From Armatimonadota bacterium (GTDB taxonomy: Bacteria; Armatimonadota; UBA10988): a DNA stretch of 64,000 nucleotides. The notes below the pieces were generated by a model. The model had not been told where the DNA came from, made no database searches, and saw only the letters and a program-made list of their open reading frames with translations. The translations under genes were made by a program, and so were the position numbers. How positions within the stretch are numbered: the stretch's first letter is position 1; every line of letters starts with the position of its first letter. Where the stretch lies: assembly GCA_016235455.1 (NCBI GenBank), contig JACRKZ010000021.1:14537-78536 (forward strand), in the 5' to 3' direction. Positions 26,787 through 35,988 of this stretch are shown here, in pieces.

Positions 26787-28625
26787 TCATTCCACCGTGA
26801 CGGACTTGGCCAGGTTGCGCGGCTGGTCGATCTCGCGGCCCAGCGCGGCCGACAGGTAGTAGGTGAACAGGTAGGCCGGCACCACCGTGAGGAACGGCAT
26901 CAGCAGATCGTCGGCATCGGGCACCCTGATCACCTCGTCCACCTGGCCCGTTACCACGTTGTCGCCAGCGCGCACCACGCCGATGACCCGCGCGCCGCGG
27001 GCGGCGACTTCCTGCAGGTTGCTCAGCGTCTTGTCCACCAGCTCGCGTTGGGTGGCCAGCCCGAAGACCAGCACCTCGGGTGTCATCAGCGCCAGCGGAC
27101 CGTGCTTGAGCTCACCCGCGGCGTAGGCCTCGGCGCGCTTGTAGCTAATCTCCTTGAGCTTGAGCGCGCATTCCAGGCTGCTGGCGGCGTCGAGCCCGCG
27201 GCCCAGGTAGAAGAAGTGCTCCCAGTGGGCATAGCGACGGCCCATGTCCGCGATCTGCTCGCGCTCGGCCAGGATCTGCTCGAGCAGCGCCGGCACCGTG
27301 CTCAGCGCCGTGGTCACCTCGGCCACGCCGGCGTCGTCCAGCGCCCCGTTGAGCCGCGCCAGGTGCAGCGCCAGCAGGTAGAGCGCCACGAGTTGCGTGA
27401 CGTAGGCCTTGGTCGAGGCCACGCAGATCTCGGGCCCGGCCCAGGTCGGCCAGTTGGCGTCGGCCTCGCGGCTCAGGCTCGAGCCGATGACATTGACCAC
27501 GCCCAGCGTGAGCACGCCGCGGCGCTTGGCCTCACGCAGCGCGGCCAGCGTGTCGGCCGTCTCGCCGCTCTGGCTGACGGCGATGACCATCTGGTCGTCG
27601 CTCAGGATGGGCGAGCGGTACCGAAACTCGCTGGCCAGATCGACTTCGACCGGCAGCCGCGCCAGCTTCTCGATGACGGCCTTGCCCACCATGGCCGCGT
27701 AGTAGCTGGTGCCGCAGGCGACGATGGAGAGTCGGCGCACGGCGCGCAGCCGTTCGTCGCTCAGGCCCAGTTCCGCGGCCACCACCTGGCCCGCCGGATC
27801 GATGCGGCCGCGCAGCGTCTGCGCCACGGCCGCGGGGATCTCCTCGATCTCCTTGAGCATAAAATGCTCGTAGCCGCCCTTCTCCGCGGCGTGGATGTCC
27901 CAGTCGATGTGCCGCGCCGGCCGCTCGACGCTCTCGCCGGCCAGGTTGGACAGCATCACCGAGCCCGCGCGCACGCAGGCCACGTCGCCGTCTTCGAGGA
28001 CGATGACCGACCGCGTGTAGGGCAGCACGGCGGGGATGTCCGAGGCGATGAAGGTCTCGCCCTCACCCAGCCCGATGACCAGCGGCGACTGCTGGCGCAC
28101 GACATACAGGCAGTCGGGCGCCGCCTCCGCCACCACCGCCACGGCGAACGCGCCACGCAGCTCGGCGGCGGCCAGCAGCAAGGCGCGACCCACGTCGCCC
28201 GCGGCCGGGCCGGCCAGCTTGGCGGCCAGCAGATGGGCGATGACCTCGGTGTCGGTCTCACTGACGAACACCGCGCCGCCCGCGGTCAATCGCGCGCGCA
28301 GCTCGGCGTGGTTCTCAATGATGCCGTTGTGCACCACGGCCAGATCACCCGCGGTGGAGACATGAGGATGAGCGTTGGGCGTGGAGGGCCGACCGTGCGT
28401 GGCCCAGCGGGTATGGCCGATGCCGAGATGCACATCCAGCGGGTCGCGTTCGACCAGCGCCGCCAGGGCACGCACCTTGCCCACGGTCTTGACCACGCGC
28501 AGGCGCCCGCGGTCGAGTACGGCCAGGCCCGCGGAATCGTAGCCGCGGTACTCCAGCCGAGAGAGTTCGTCGAGCAGCACTCCGGTGGCGCTACGGGGTC
28601 CCAAATAGCCGACGATGCCGCACAT
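26787..28625 (-). CDS. glmS: Glutamine--fructose-6-phosphate aminotransferase
   Basis: MCGIVG start, LEYRGYDSAG, GIGHTRWATHG, SQSGETADT, ELKHGPLAL, PRNLAKSVTVE. Confidence 0.98.
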   Translation of the reverse strand: MCGIVGYLGPRSATGVLLDELSRLEYRGYDSAGLAVLDRGRLRVVKTVGKVRALAALVERDPLDVHLGIGHTRWATHGRPSTPNAHPHVSTAGDLAVVHNGIIENHAELRARLTAGGAVFVSETDTEVIAHLLAAKLAGPAAGDVGRALLLAAAELRGAFAVAVVAEAAPDCLYVVRQQSPLVIGLGEGETFIASDIPAVLPYTRSVIVLEDGDVACVRAGSVMLSNLAGESVERPARHIDWDIHAAEKGGYEHFMLKEIEEIPAAVAQTLRGRIDPAGQVVAAELGLSDERLRAVRRLSIVACGTSYYAAMVGKAVIEKLARLPVEVDLASEFRYRSPILSDDQMVIAVSQSGETADTLAALREAKRRGVLTLGVVNVIGSSLSREADANWPTWAGPEICVASTKAYVTQLVALYLLALHLARLNGALDDAGVAEVTTALSTVPALLEQILAEREQIADMGRRYAHWEHFFYLGRGLDAASSLECALKLKEISYKRAEAYAAGELKHGPLALMTPEVLVFGLATQRELVDKTLSNLQEVAARGARVIGVVRAGDNVVTGQVDEVIRVPDADDLLMPFLTVVPAYLFTYYLSAALGREIDQPRNLAKSVTVE

Positions 28626-28785
28626 ACAAGACCTCCTGTCTTTCCTCAGCCGGCCAAATGGGGGGCTTGCCGGCGGCGACGTCAGACTCATTGTAGTACG
28701 CTGGCGGTCAGCGTCCAGGGAAGTTGGGTGCCGGACTCGTGGCGACCGCCGCCAGCCGGCGACGCACCGGCGCTGATGACGGCCT

Positions 28786-28814
28786 TTGACACTAAGTGAT
28801 CAGGGTGCTACCAT
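28786..28814 (+). promoter_or_regulatory. Sigma70 promoter of rpsO
   Basis: TTGACA-N17-TACCAT. Confidence 0.75.
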
Positions 28815-28846
28815 GCAGGGGTAGGCAATCGAGAGGAGCTCAAGGG

Positions 28847-29113
28847 ATGCTGGATGCGGCCGACAAGACGGCCATTATGGCCCCGTTCCAGCGGGACGAG
28901 AAAGACACCGGTTCCGCCGAGGTGCAGGTAGCCATCCTGACCGCGCGGATCCAACAGATGACCAAACATCTGGTGACCTTCCCGAAGGACTTTCATTCGC
29001 GTCGAGGCCTGTATGGCCTCGTGGCGTCGCGCAAGCGGATGCTCCGCTATCTCGCGCGAACCAAGCCAGAGACGCATCGCCGAGTACTGACAGAACTCGG
29101 TATTCGCGGTTGA
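28847..29113 (+). CDS. rpsO: 30S ribosomal protein S15
   Basis: DTGSAEVQVAILT...HL...KDFHSRRGL...LGIR; GAGAGGAG RBS. Confidence 0.97.
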   Translation: MLDAADKTAIMAPFQRDEKDTGSAEVQVAILTARIQQMTKHLVTFPKDFHSRRGLYGLVASRKRMLRYLARTKPETHRRVLTELGIRG

Positions 29114-29115
29114 GC

Positions 29116-29151
29116 GAAAGCCCGCGCCTTGTGCGCGGGCTTTCTGCATTT
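29116..29151 (+). terminator. Rho-independent terminator after rpsO
   Basis: 12-bp stem gaaagcccgcgc / gcgcgggctttc followed by a T-containing tail. Confidence 0.8.
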
Positions 29152-29355
29152 GAGCATCTCCCCACAGGACCATCCACGCCCGCCCGTAGGGACGCGTGGT
29201 GGCCCGTTGTCCGTCATCCTCGCCCGGCTGTGAGGCCTGCCGCAGGTAGAGATGACACAGCGACACTCCTCACTGCCTGGTTGGGTCGACTTTGGCGTCG
29301 GCTCCTCACCGGAGCACGCCATCGCGGCTCAGGGGGCCTCACGGAAGACGAGTAA

Positions 29356-31941
29356 GTGATGAAAGCAACCACTGTGACCACCCGCGTGGGTGATCTGGAC
29401 CTCTCGATCGAGACCGGCAAGATGGCCAAACAGGCCGGCGGCTCGGTGGTGGTCCGCTACGGCGACCTGACGCTGCTGGCGACGGCAACGATGGGTAATG
29501 TGCGGGAAGGCGACTTCTTTCCGCTGACCGTGGATGTTGAGGCGAAGACGTATGCCGCCGGCCGCATCCCAGTCACCTTCTTCCGCCGCGAGGGCCGACC
29601 GGGCGACCGCTCGACGCTCATCGCGCGGATGACCGACCGACCTCTGCGCCCGCTGTTCCCCAGCGGCATGCGCAACGAGGTGCAGGTGGTCCTGACCATC
29701 CTGTCCACCGATGAGCACGGCATTCCCGACACGCTCTGCGGCCTGGGTGCTTCGGCGGCCTTGACCATCTCCGAAATCCCCTTTGGCGGCCCGGTTGGTT
29801 CGGTGCGCGTGGGTTGGCTCGAAGGCGCCCCGATCATCAACCCGACCTATGAGCAGTTGGCCGAGAGCCAGCTCGACCTGCTGGTGGCCGGCACCGCCGA
29901 CGCCATCACCATGGTCGAGGCCGGCGCTGGCGAGCTGTCGCGCGCCGACATGCTGACCGCGCTTGAGGCCGGTCACGCGGCCATCAAGGCCATCTGCGCC
30001 ATCCAGGAAGAGCTTCGCTCGCTGGTGGGCAAGGCCAAGGTCGAGGTGCCCCTGCCCCAGACCGACGAAGAGCTCAAGGCCAAGGTGCGGGAGCTGTTCG
30101 CCCCGCGCTGGCGCGCCGAGCTCGGCTCGCCCGGCAAGGAGCGCCACTACAACACGCTCAAGCAGTACGGCAAGGAAACCGCCGCCACGCTGCTGGAAGA
30201 CCCCGCCAACGAAGGCCGGGAAGCCGAGATCAAGCGCTACGTGCACGAGATCGAAGGCGAGGTCGTCCGGCGCATGATCCTCGACGAGGGCATCCGCTCC
30301 GATGGTCGCGACATGGTCACCGTGCGCCCCATCGACGTCGAAGTGACGGCGCTGCCGCGCGTTCACGGCTCGGCTCTGTTCACCCGCGGTGAAACGCAGG
30401 TGCTGAGCGTGGCCACCCTGGGTACCGTCGGCGACCGCAAGGCCACCGACTGGCTGTTCGAGCAGTACCAGGAGCGCTACTTCCACCAGTACAACTTCCC
30501 GCCGTACAGCGTGGGCGAGTGCAAGCGCATGGGCAGCCCCGGTCGGCGTGAAGTCGGCCACGGCATGTTGGCCCAGCGCGCGCTGGTGCCCGTGCTGCCC
30601 ACCGAGGAAGACTTCCCGTATACCATTCGCGTGGTGTCCGAGGTCATGGAGAGCAACGGCAGCTCCTCGATGGCCAGCGTCTGCGGCAGCACCATGTCGC
30701 TGATGGACGCCGGCGTGCCGATCAAGTCGCCGGTCTCCGGCGTGGCCATGGGCCTGTTGCAGGAGGGTGACCGCTTCCTGGTCATCACCGACATCCTGGG
30801 CCTGGAAGACCACTGCGGGGATATGGACTTCAAGGTCTGTGGTACCGAGAACGGCATCACCGCCCTGCAGATGGACATCAAGTGCGACGGTCTGTCGCGC
30901 GAGGTCATGGAGCAGGCGCTCGAGCAGGCCGAGTCGGCTCTGGCGCACATCCGCGGCAAGATGGCCGAGGCTCTGGCCGAGCCGCGTGCCGAGATCTCGC
31001 CGTATGCCCCCAAGATCGAAGTGCTGCAGATCAACCCCGAGAAGATCGGCACGCTCATCGGCCCCGGTGGCAAGACCATCAAGAAGATCCAGGAAGAGTC
31101 CGGCGCCCGCCTCGATATCGAGCAGGACGGCCGCGTCTTCATCGCCGCGCCCAACGGCGAGTCGGGCAAGATTGCTCGCGACTGGATCATCGGCCTGACC
31201 CACGAGGCGACCGTTGGTGAAGAGTACGAAGGTCCGGTCACCCGCATCTTCGGCTTCGGCGCCATGGTTGAGATTCTCCCTGGCAAGGAAGGCCTGGTGC
31301 ACATCTCGCGCCTGGCCGCCGAGCGCATCGCGCGGGTTGAGGATGCCGTCAACATTGGCGACAAGCTCAAGGTCCGGGTGAGCGAAGTCGACGATCAGGG
31401 CCGCATCAACCTCGAGCGGACGGACATCCCCATCATCGTGAACCTCGGTGGTGGCGGCGGTGGCGACGACGAAGGTCGGCGCAATCCGGCTCCGCGCGGC
31501 GGCGGTGACCGCGGCGGCGACCGCGGTGGCCGTGGTGGCGACCGTGGCGGTCGAGGTGGCGACCGTGGTGGCCGAGGTGGCTACGGCGGTGGCGGCGGCG
31601 GTGGTGACCGTGGCCCGCGCCGCGATGGTGGCGGGGGCGCTCCGGGCGCTCCGGGCGCCTCGGCTGGTCCCGGTGGTGGCGGCGAGCGCCGCGACGACCG
31701 CGGCCCGCGCCGTGACGACCGTGGCCCGCGCCGCGACGACCGCGACCGACCGCGACCGATGGGCGAAGGCCGCCGCGAGGATAACGGCCCCGTCATCGAC
31801 GATCCGGATCGGCCGGCGCCGCGCGGTATGCGCGACCGTGGCGATATCGCTCCCGACAATGCGCCCGACAACGGCCCGAACGTTGCGCCTGACACCCAGG
31901 ACAACGGTCCCGAGCCCGGTAACGAGCGCTACGACGACTAG
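29356..31941 (+). CDS. pnp: Polyribonucleotide nucleotidyltransferase with a long low-complexity C-terminal tail
   Basis: FFRREGRP, GSALFTRGETQ, RREVGHG, SNGSSSMASVCG, DHCGDMDFK, KH (IGPGGK) and S1 domains. Confidence 0.98.
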   Translation: MMKATTVTTRVGDLDLSIETGKMAKQAGGSVVVRYGDLTLLATATMGNVREGDFFPLTVDVEAKTYAAGRIPVTFFRREGRPGDRSTLIARMTDRPLRPLFPSGMRNEVQVVLTILSTDEHGIPDTLCGLGASAALTISEIPFGGPVGSVRVGWLEGAPIINPTYEQLAESQLDLLVAGTADAITMVEAGAGELSRADMLTALEAGHAAIKAICAIQEELRSLVGKAKVEVPLPQTDEELKAKVRELFAPRWRAELGSPGKERHYNTLKQYGKETAATLLEDPANEGREAEIKRYVHEIEGEVVRRMILDEGIRSDGRDMVTVRPIDVEVTALPRVHGSALFTRGETQVLSVATLGTVGDRKATDWLFEQYQERYFHQYNFPPYSVGECKRMGSPGRREVGHGMLAQRALVPVLPTEEDFPYTIRVVSEVMESNGSSSMASVCGSTMSLMDAGVPIKSPVSGVAMGLLQEGDRFLVITDILGLEDHCGDMDFKVCGTENGITALQMDIKCDGLSREVMEQALEQAESALAHIRGKMAEALAEPRAEISPYAPKIEVLQINPEKIGTLIGPGGKTIKKIQEESGARLDIEQDGRVFIAAPNGESGKIARDWIIGLTHEATVGEEYEGPVTRIFGFGAMVEILPGKEGLVHISRLAAERIARVEDAVNIGDKLKVRVSEVDDQGRINLERTDIPIIVNLGGGGGGDDEGRRNPAPRGGGDRGGDRGGRGGDRGGRGGDRGGRGGYGGGGGGGDRGPRRDGGGGAPGAPGASAGPGGGGERRDDRGPRRDDRGPRRDDRDRPRPMGEGRREDNGPVIDDPDRPAPRGMRDRGDIAPDNAPDNGPNVAPDTQDNGPEPGNERYDD
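31447..31938 (+). repeat. Coding low-complexity repeats (GGDRGG, RRDDRGP, APDN) in the PNPase tail
   Basis: Imperfect tandem repeats, including about three 21-nt cgccgcgacgaccgcggcccg units at 31687-31743. Confidence 0.85.
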
Positions 31942-32058
31942 AGGCATCGGTTCGTAGCACCGCCTTTGGGCGGATCTACTGACCCTTCACGACGGTCCGG
32001 CCCTTGGTGGTCGGGCCGTCGTGGTATCTTGGGGGCTATCCTTCGCACGGGCGGACCA

Positions 32059-33345
32059 ATGGGCATGGTGTTCGACAACAATCAGGTGACCACGAGGCGG
32101 CTCAGCCGCGGCGCGCGCGTGGCCGTGCTGACGCTGCCGTGGGCCCGCAGTGTGTCCATCGGCGCGTGGGTGCGCTCGGGCACGCGCGATGAGCCGGCCG
32201 AGCTCGGCGGCATCGCCCACTTCCTCGAGCACATGGTGTTCAAGGGCTCGCGTCGCTACGACACGTTGGGCCTGGCCCGCGCCTTCGAGACGCTCGGCGG
32301 CACCATGGACGCTTACACCACGCACGAGACGACCGTCTACAGCGTTCAGGTGCTGCCCGAGCATGTCGGCGCCGGGCTGGAGCTGCTGTCCGAGTTGCTG
32401 GTCTACCCCACCCTCTCTAGCGACGACATCGAGCTGGAAAAGCAGGTCGTCGACGAAGAGATCCAGGAGTCCGAGGACAGTCCCAGTGACATCGTCCTGG
32501 AGATCTGCGCCCGGCAGGCCTGGGGCGAGCATCCGCTGGCACGCCCGGTGCTGGGCACGCGGGCCACGGTGGGCCCGCTCGACGAGGCCACGCTGCGCAC
32601 CTGGCAGCGCGGGCAGTATGCCGGCGACCGCCTGTTGCTGGCGGCGGCCGGTGCCATCGAGCCCGAGGCCTTCATCGATGCCGCCGAGCGCGCCTTTGGC
32701 GAACTGCCCGAGCAGCCCGCGCCGCTGGAGCGCCGCCAACCCGAGTTCACGCCCGGCCTGGTCGTCAAGCGCGAGCCGGCCGACCAGATCCACCTCTGCC
32801 TGGCCACCCGTGCGCCCGCGGCGGTCGATGCCGAGCGCCACGCGCTGTGGGTCATCGACATGCTGCTGGGCGCGACCATGTCCAGCCGGCTGTTCCAGGA
32901 GGTGCGCGAGAAACGTGGCCTGGCCTACCAGGTGAGCAGTTCGTGGCAGGCGCAGCAGGACGTGGGCATGTTGACCATCGATGCCATCGCCAGCCCGGCC
33001 AAGGTGCCCGAACTGCTGGAGGTGGTGCTGGCCGAAGCCGAGGCCATGGCCGCCGCCCCGTTGGCCGAGGACGACCTGGCCTGGGTCAAGGAGTACGCGC
33101 GCACGACGCTGCGGCTGGGCTCGGAATCGGTCTCGGCGCAGATGTCGCGGCTGGCGCGCGGATACTTCCACGAAGATCGCTACGTGACATTGGACGAGAC
33201 GCTGACGGCCATCGAGGAGCTGTCGGGCGAGGAGATCCAGGCAACGGCCGAGCGTCTGTTTGGCGACCGACGCTGGGTGTTGGCCGCGGCGGGGCCGGTG
33301 ACCCCCAAGCGCGCCGACCGTTGGGGAAAGGTGATACTGCCATGA
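32059..33345 (+). CDS. M16 family zinc peptidase (pitrilysin-like)
   Basis: GIAHFLEHMVFKG (HxxEH) and MSSRLFQEVREKRGLAY; conserved pnp-M16-dapB synteny. Confidence 0.93.
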   Translation: MGMVFDNNQVTTRRLSRGARVAVLTLPWARSVSIGAWVRSGTRDEPAELGGIAHFLEHMVFKGSRRYDTLGLARAFETLGGTMDAYTTHETTVYSVQVLPEHVGAGLELLSELLVYPTLSSDDIELEKQVVDEEIQESEDSPSDIVLEICARQAWGEHPLARPVLGTRATVGPLDEATLRTWQRGQYAGDRLLLAAAGAIEPEAFIDAAERAFGELPEQPAPLERRQPEFTPGLVVKREPADQIHLCLATRAPAAVDAERHALWVIDMLLGATMSSRLFQEVREKRGLAYQVSSSWQAQQDVGMLTIDAIASPAKVPELLEVVLAEAEAMAAAPLAEDDLAWVKEYARTTLRLGSESVSAQMSRLARGYFHEDRYVTLDETLTAIEELSGEEIQATAERLFGDRRWVLAAAGPVTPKRADRWGKVILP

Positions 33346-34121
33346 GTGAGCCGATTCGAGTACTGGTGTTGGGCGCGGCCGGGCGCATGGGCCGCATGGT
33401 GACCGCGGCGGTCGAGGCCGCCGACGGGCTGGAAGCCGTGGGCGCGGTGGACCTGCCGCAACTGGCCGACGGGCTGAGCCTGCCCTGCTTCGGCACGGTG
33501 GCCGAAGCCGTGGCCGCGGTGCAGCCGCAGGTGGCCATCGACTTCACCCATGCCGAGCCCGCGCGGCTCAACCTGCCCGCGCTCATCGAGCACGGTGTGT
33601 CGCCGGTGATCGGCACCACTGGCCTCAGCGCGGCCGAGGTTGAGGCGCTCGGCGGCACCGCCAAGCACCGCGGCATCCCCGCCTTCCTGGCGCCCAACTT
33701 CGCTATCGGCGCGGTGCTCATGATGCGCTTCGCCGGCGAGGCCGCGAAGTACTTCGACTATGCCGACGTGATCGAGTATCACCACGAGAACAAGCGCGAC
33801 GCGCCCAGCGGCACCGCCGCCAAGACCCTCGAGATGATGCTCACGGCGCGCGGCGGCGACTTCGCCGACACGCCGGTGGACGAGTTCGAGACCATCGACG
33901 GCGCGCGCGGCGGCGGCCGCGGTTTTGCCCATGTGCACAGCGTGCGCATGCCCGGCTTCGTGGCCGATCAGGACGTGCTGCTGGGCGGGCCGGGCGAGAA
34001 CCTGCGCATCTCGCACCGCAGCCTGGACCGCGGGTGCTTCATGCCGGGCGTGGTGCTGGCGGCGAAGCGTGTGCTGGGGCTGCCGGCGGGGTTGACGGTG
34101 GGGCTGGACGCGATTCTGTAG
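33342..34121 (+). CDS. dapB: 4-hydroxy-tetrahydrodipicolinate reductase
   Basis: GAAGRMG, IDFT, VIGTTG, APNFAIG, IEYHHENKRDAPSGTA. Confidence 0.96.
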   Translation: MSEPIRVLVLGAAGRMGRMVTAAVEAADGLEAVGAVDLPQLADGLSLPCFGTVAEAVAAVQPQVAIDFTHAEPARLNLPALIEHGVSPVIGTTGLSAAEVEALGGTAKHRGIPAFLAPNFAIGAVLMMRFAGEAAKYFDYADVIEYHHENKRDAPSGTAAKTLEMMLTARGGDFADTPVDEFETIDGARGGGRGFAHVHSVRMPGFVADQDVLLGGPGENLRISHRSLDRGCFMPGVVLAAKRVLGLPAGLTVGLDAIL

Positions 34122-34177
34122 AGTGGCACGACCGGAGTGGCAGGGCTACGGCGCGCCGACCAGCCTGGACCAGTGCC

Positions 34178-34273
34178 GGAGCGCCAGGCTCCTGCGTGGC
34201 ATCGGCCGTTGGCCGACACCAAAGGCGACGCGGACCCGCATTGGGTGCCGCGCAGGAGCGCGGCGCTCCCAGG
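34178..34273. repeat. Degenerate REPIN-like element (same family as 46297-46426)
   Basis: ggagcgccaggctcctgcgtggca...tgccgcgcaggagcgcggcgctcccagg inverted pair; its internal tcggccgttggccgaca resembles the 46.3-kb copy. Confidence 0.7.
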
Positions 34274-34428
34274 CTCGGTAGGGGGCGGTTGGCAATCGGC
34301 TCAGCCACCTGCCCACACGGTCTACCGCGGCGGGCCCCAGAGCACCGAAGCGGCGCCTACCTCCGACTTGGCGACCGATCAGGGCCTGGATGGCGGCCAT
34401 CGCCAGCGGCTCACTCCGCTCCGCGGCC

Positions 34429-35889
34429 TCACTTGCCCCGCTTCACCTCATTCACCCGCGCCCGCTCCGGCAGCCGCTTGTAGTGCTCATCCAGCGGATA
34501 GCACCCCGAGATCATGCCGTTGCGCGGCGCGGTGGTGCAGTCGGAGAAGGTGCGGCAGATGCGCTTCTTGGCCATCGGCCGCCCGGCCAGCGTGTCGGCC
34601 GGCAACTCGGGGTAGCTGAGCACCATGCGGCCCAGGCCCACCGAGTCCACCCAGCCCTGACGCACCACGGCCTGCGCCACGTTGGGGATCCACTCCTGCA
34701 GATACGTGTAGCCCGTGCCGACGATGACGTGCTGCGGGAACGCCGCCTTGAGGTCGCGCACCGCCGCCACCTGCCGCGCCACGCCGATGAGCGGGTCCTC
34801 GGGCGGCTGATAGCCGTCGCTCGGCGGGTAGTAGGCCGGGCGCTGGATGTGGGGGTTGTAGTACGGGCTGCCCGCGGTCAGGTTGACCCAGTGGATGCCA
34901 AGCCGGTCGAGCAGCGCCAGGAAGGCGTGCGTCTCGGTCAGGTCGACGGCCAGCGGGTGCTGCCGGTCGCAGCCGAAGGCCGGGTACGGCAGCGCGTCGG
35001 CGAACGGCTCGGGCACGCCGCGGCCGAGCTTGCCGTCGGCGCCGTCATGGTCAGGGTCGGGCCGGTAGGCCACGAAGTCGAAGGCGCTCAGCCGCACGCC
35101 CAGGCCCAGTCCCGGCGCCGCCGCGCGCACCGCCTCGGTCAGCTCGACCAGGTAGCGCGTGCGGCCCTCGAAGTCACCGCCGAATTCGCCCGGCCGATCA
35201 TAGGCTGAGAGCAGTTCATGGCCCAGATAGCCGTGGCAGTGCTTCAGGTCGACAAACTGGTAGCCAAGCTCGTAAGCCGCCTTGGCCGCGACCGCGTAGT
35301 CGGCGATGTACTCGCGGATCTGCGCGTCGGTCAGCACCGGGTAGTCGGGCGCGATGCCGAACTTACGGTCGAGGATCGGATGGTGATAGGCGATCCTTGG
35401 CTCCAGCTTCTTCTTGTCGTTCGGTCGGGAAAAGCGGCCTGAGTGGGTCAGTTGCAGGCCGACGAGCAGGTCGTCGGTGTTGCCATAGAGCTCGCGGTGC
35501 ACCTCGACCAACCGCGCGCGCAGCGCGCCGATGGCCTCGTGGGTGTGGGGCGCGAGCAGGAGCTGGTTGGGATTGGCGCGGCCATCATGCCGCACGGCGA
35601 CCGCCTCGCCACCCCAGATGAGCTTGGCACCGCTCTGGCCGAAGCGCTCCCAGCGGCGCATGGTGTACTCGGTGGGCAGCCCGTCGGGCGTGCCGTCCCA
35701 GCCCTCCATGGGGTGGATGCAGAAGCGGTTGCCCGCGGTCAGGCCGTCGGCCGACAGCGGCTGAGCCAGCGGCGACGCGGGGCCGGACTCGACAGTGTCG
35801 TCGCTCGGCAGGTCCAACTCCAGCGTAGCGAGGTGCGCGCGGAGGGCGGCGATATCGGGCAGCGTGCCCAGACGCGGGTATTCAGCCAT
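34429..35889 (-). CDS. NADH:flavin oxidoreductase (Old Yellow Enzyme family)
   Basis: [60 protein letters not shown]; ATG 35889. Confidence 0.88.
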   Translation of the reverse strand: MAEYPRLGTLPDIAALRAHLATLELDLPSDDTVESGPASPLAQPLSADGLTAGNRFCIHPMEGWDGTPDGLPTEYTMRRWERFGQSGAKLIWGGEAVAVRHDGRANPNQLLLAPHTHEAIGALRARLVEVHRELYGNTDDLLVGLQLTHSGRFSRPNDKKKLEPRIAYHHPILDRKFGIAPDYPVLTDAQIREYIADYAVAAKAAYELGYQFVDLKHCHGYLGHELLSAYDRPGEFGGDFEGRTRYLVELTEAVRAAAPGLGLGVRLSAFDFVAYRPDPDHDGADGKLGRGVPEPFADALPYPAFGCDRQHPLAVDLTETHAFLALLDRLGIHWVNLTAGSPYYNPHIQRPAYYPPSDGYQPPEDPLIGVARQVAAVRDLKAAFPQHVIVGTGYTYLQEWIPNVAQAVVRQGWVDSVGLGRMVLSYPELPADTLAGRPMAKKRICRTFSDCTTAPRNGMISGCYPLDEHYKRLPERARVNEVKRGK

Positions 35890-35918
35890 GGCGGTCGTCC
35901 TTTGCTGACGGTAGCCCC

Positions 35919-35948
35919 AAGGTAGCGGCCGAGGGCGGCTTGTGTCAA
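35919..35948 (-). promoter_or_regulatory. Putative sigma70 promoter of the flavin oxidoreductase
   Basis: Minus strand TTGACA-N18-TACCTT. Confidence 0.55.
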
Positions 35949-35988
35949 TCCGGCAGGAGCCGCGCCCGTCACGGCCAACACCGCCGGC

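Noticed and set aside
28626-28785. Possible glmS ribozyme upstream of glmS
   Set aside because: A TACAAT -10 element leaves only about 60 nt of leader, and the AGCGCC...GACGAGG core is not properly present.
31495-31760. Tandem repeats as a CRISPR array
   Set aside because: They are in-frame coding repeats with synonymous variation, with no unique spacers and no cas genes.
29329-31947. 872-aa ORF antisense to pnp (likewise 26784-28799 +, 45851-48541 -, 4739-6121 -)
   Set aside because: These are shadow ORFs produced by high-GC3 codon bias opposite well-conserved genes; they show no protein motifs.
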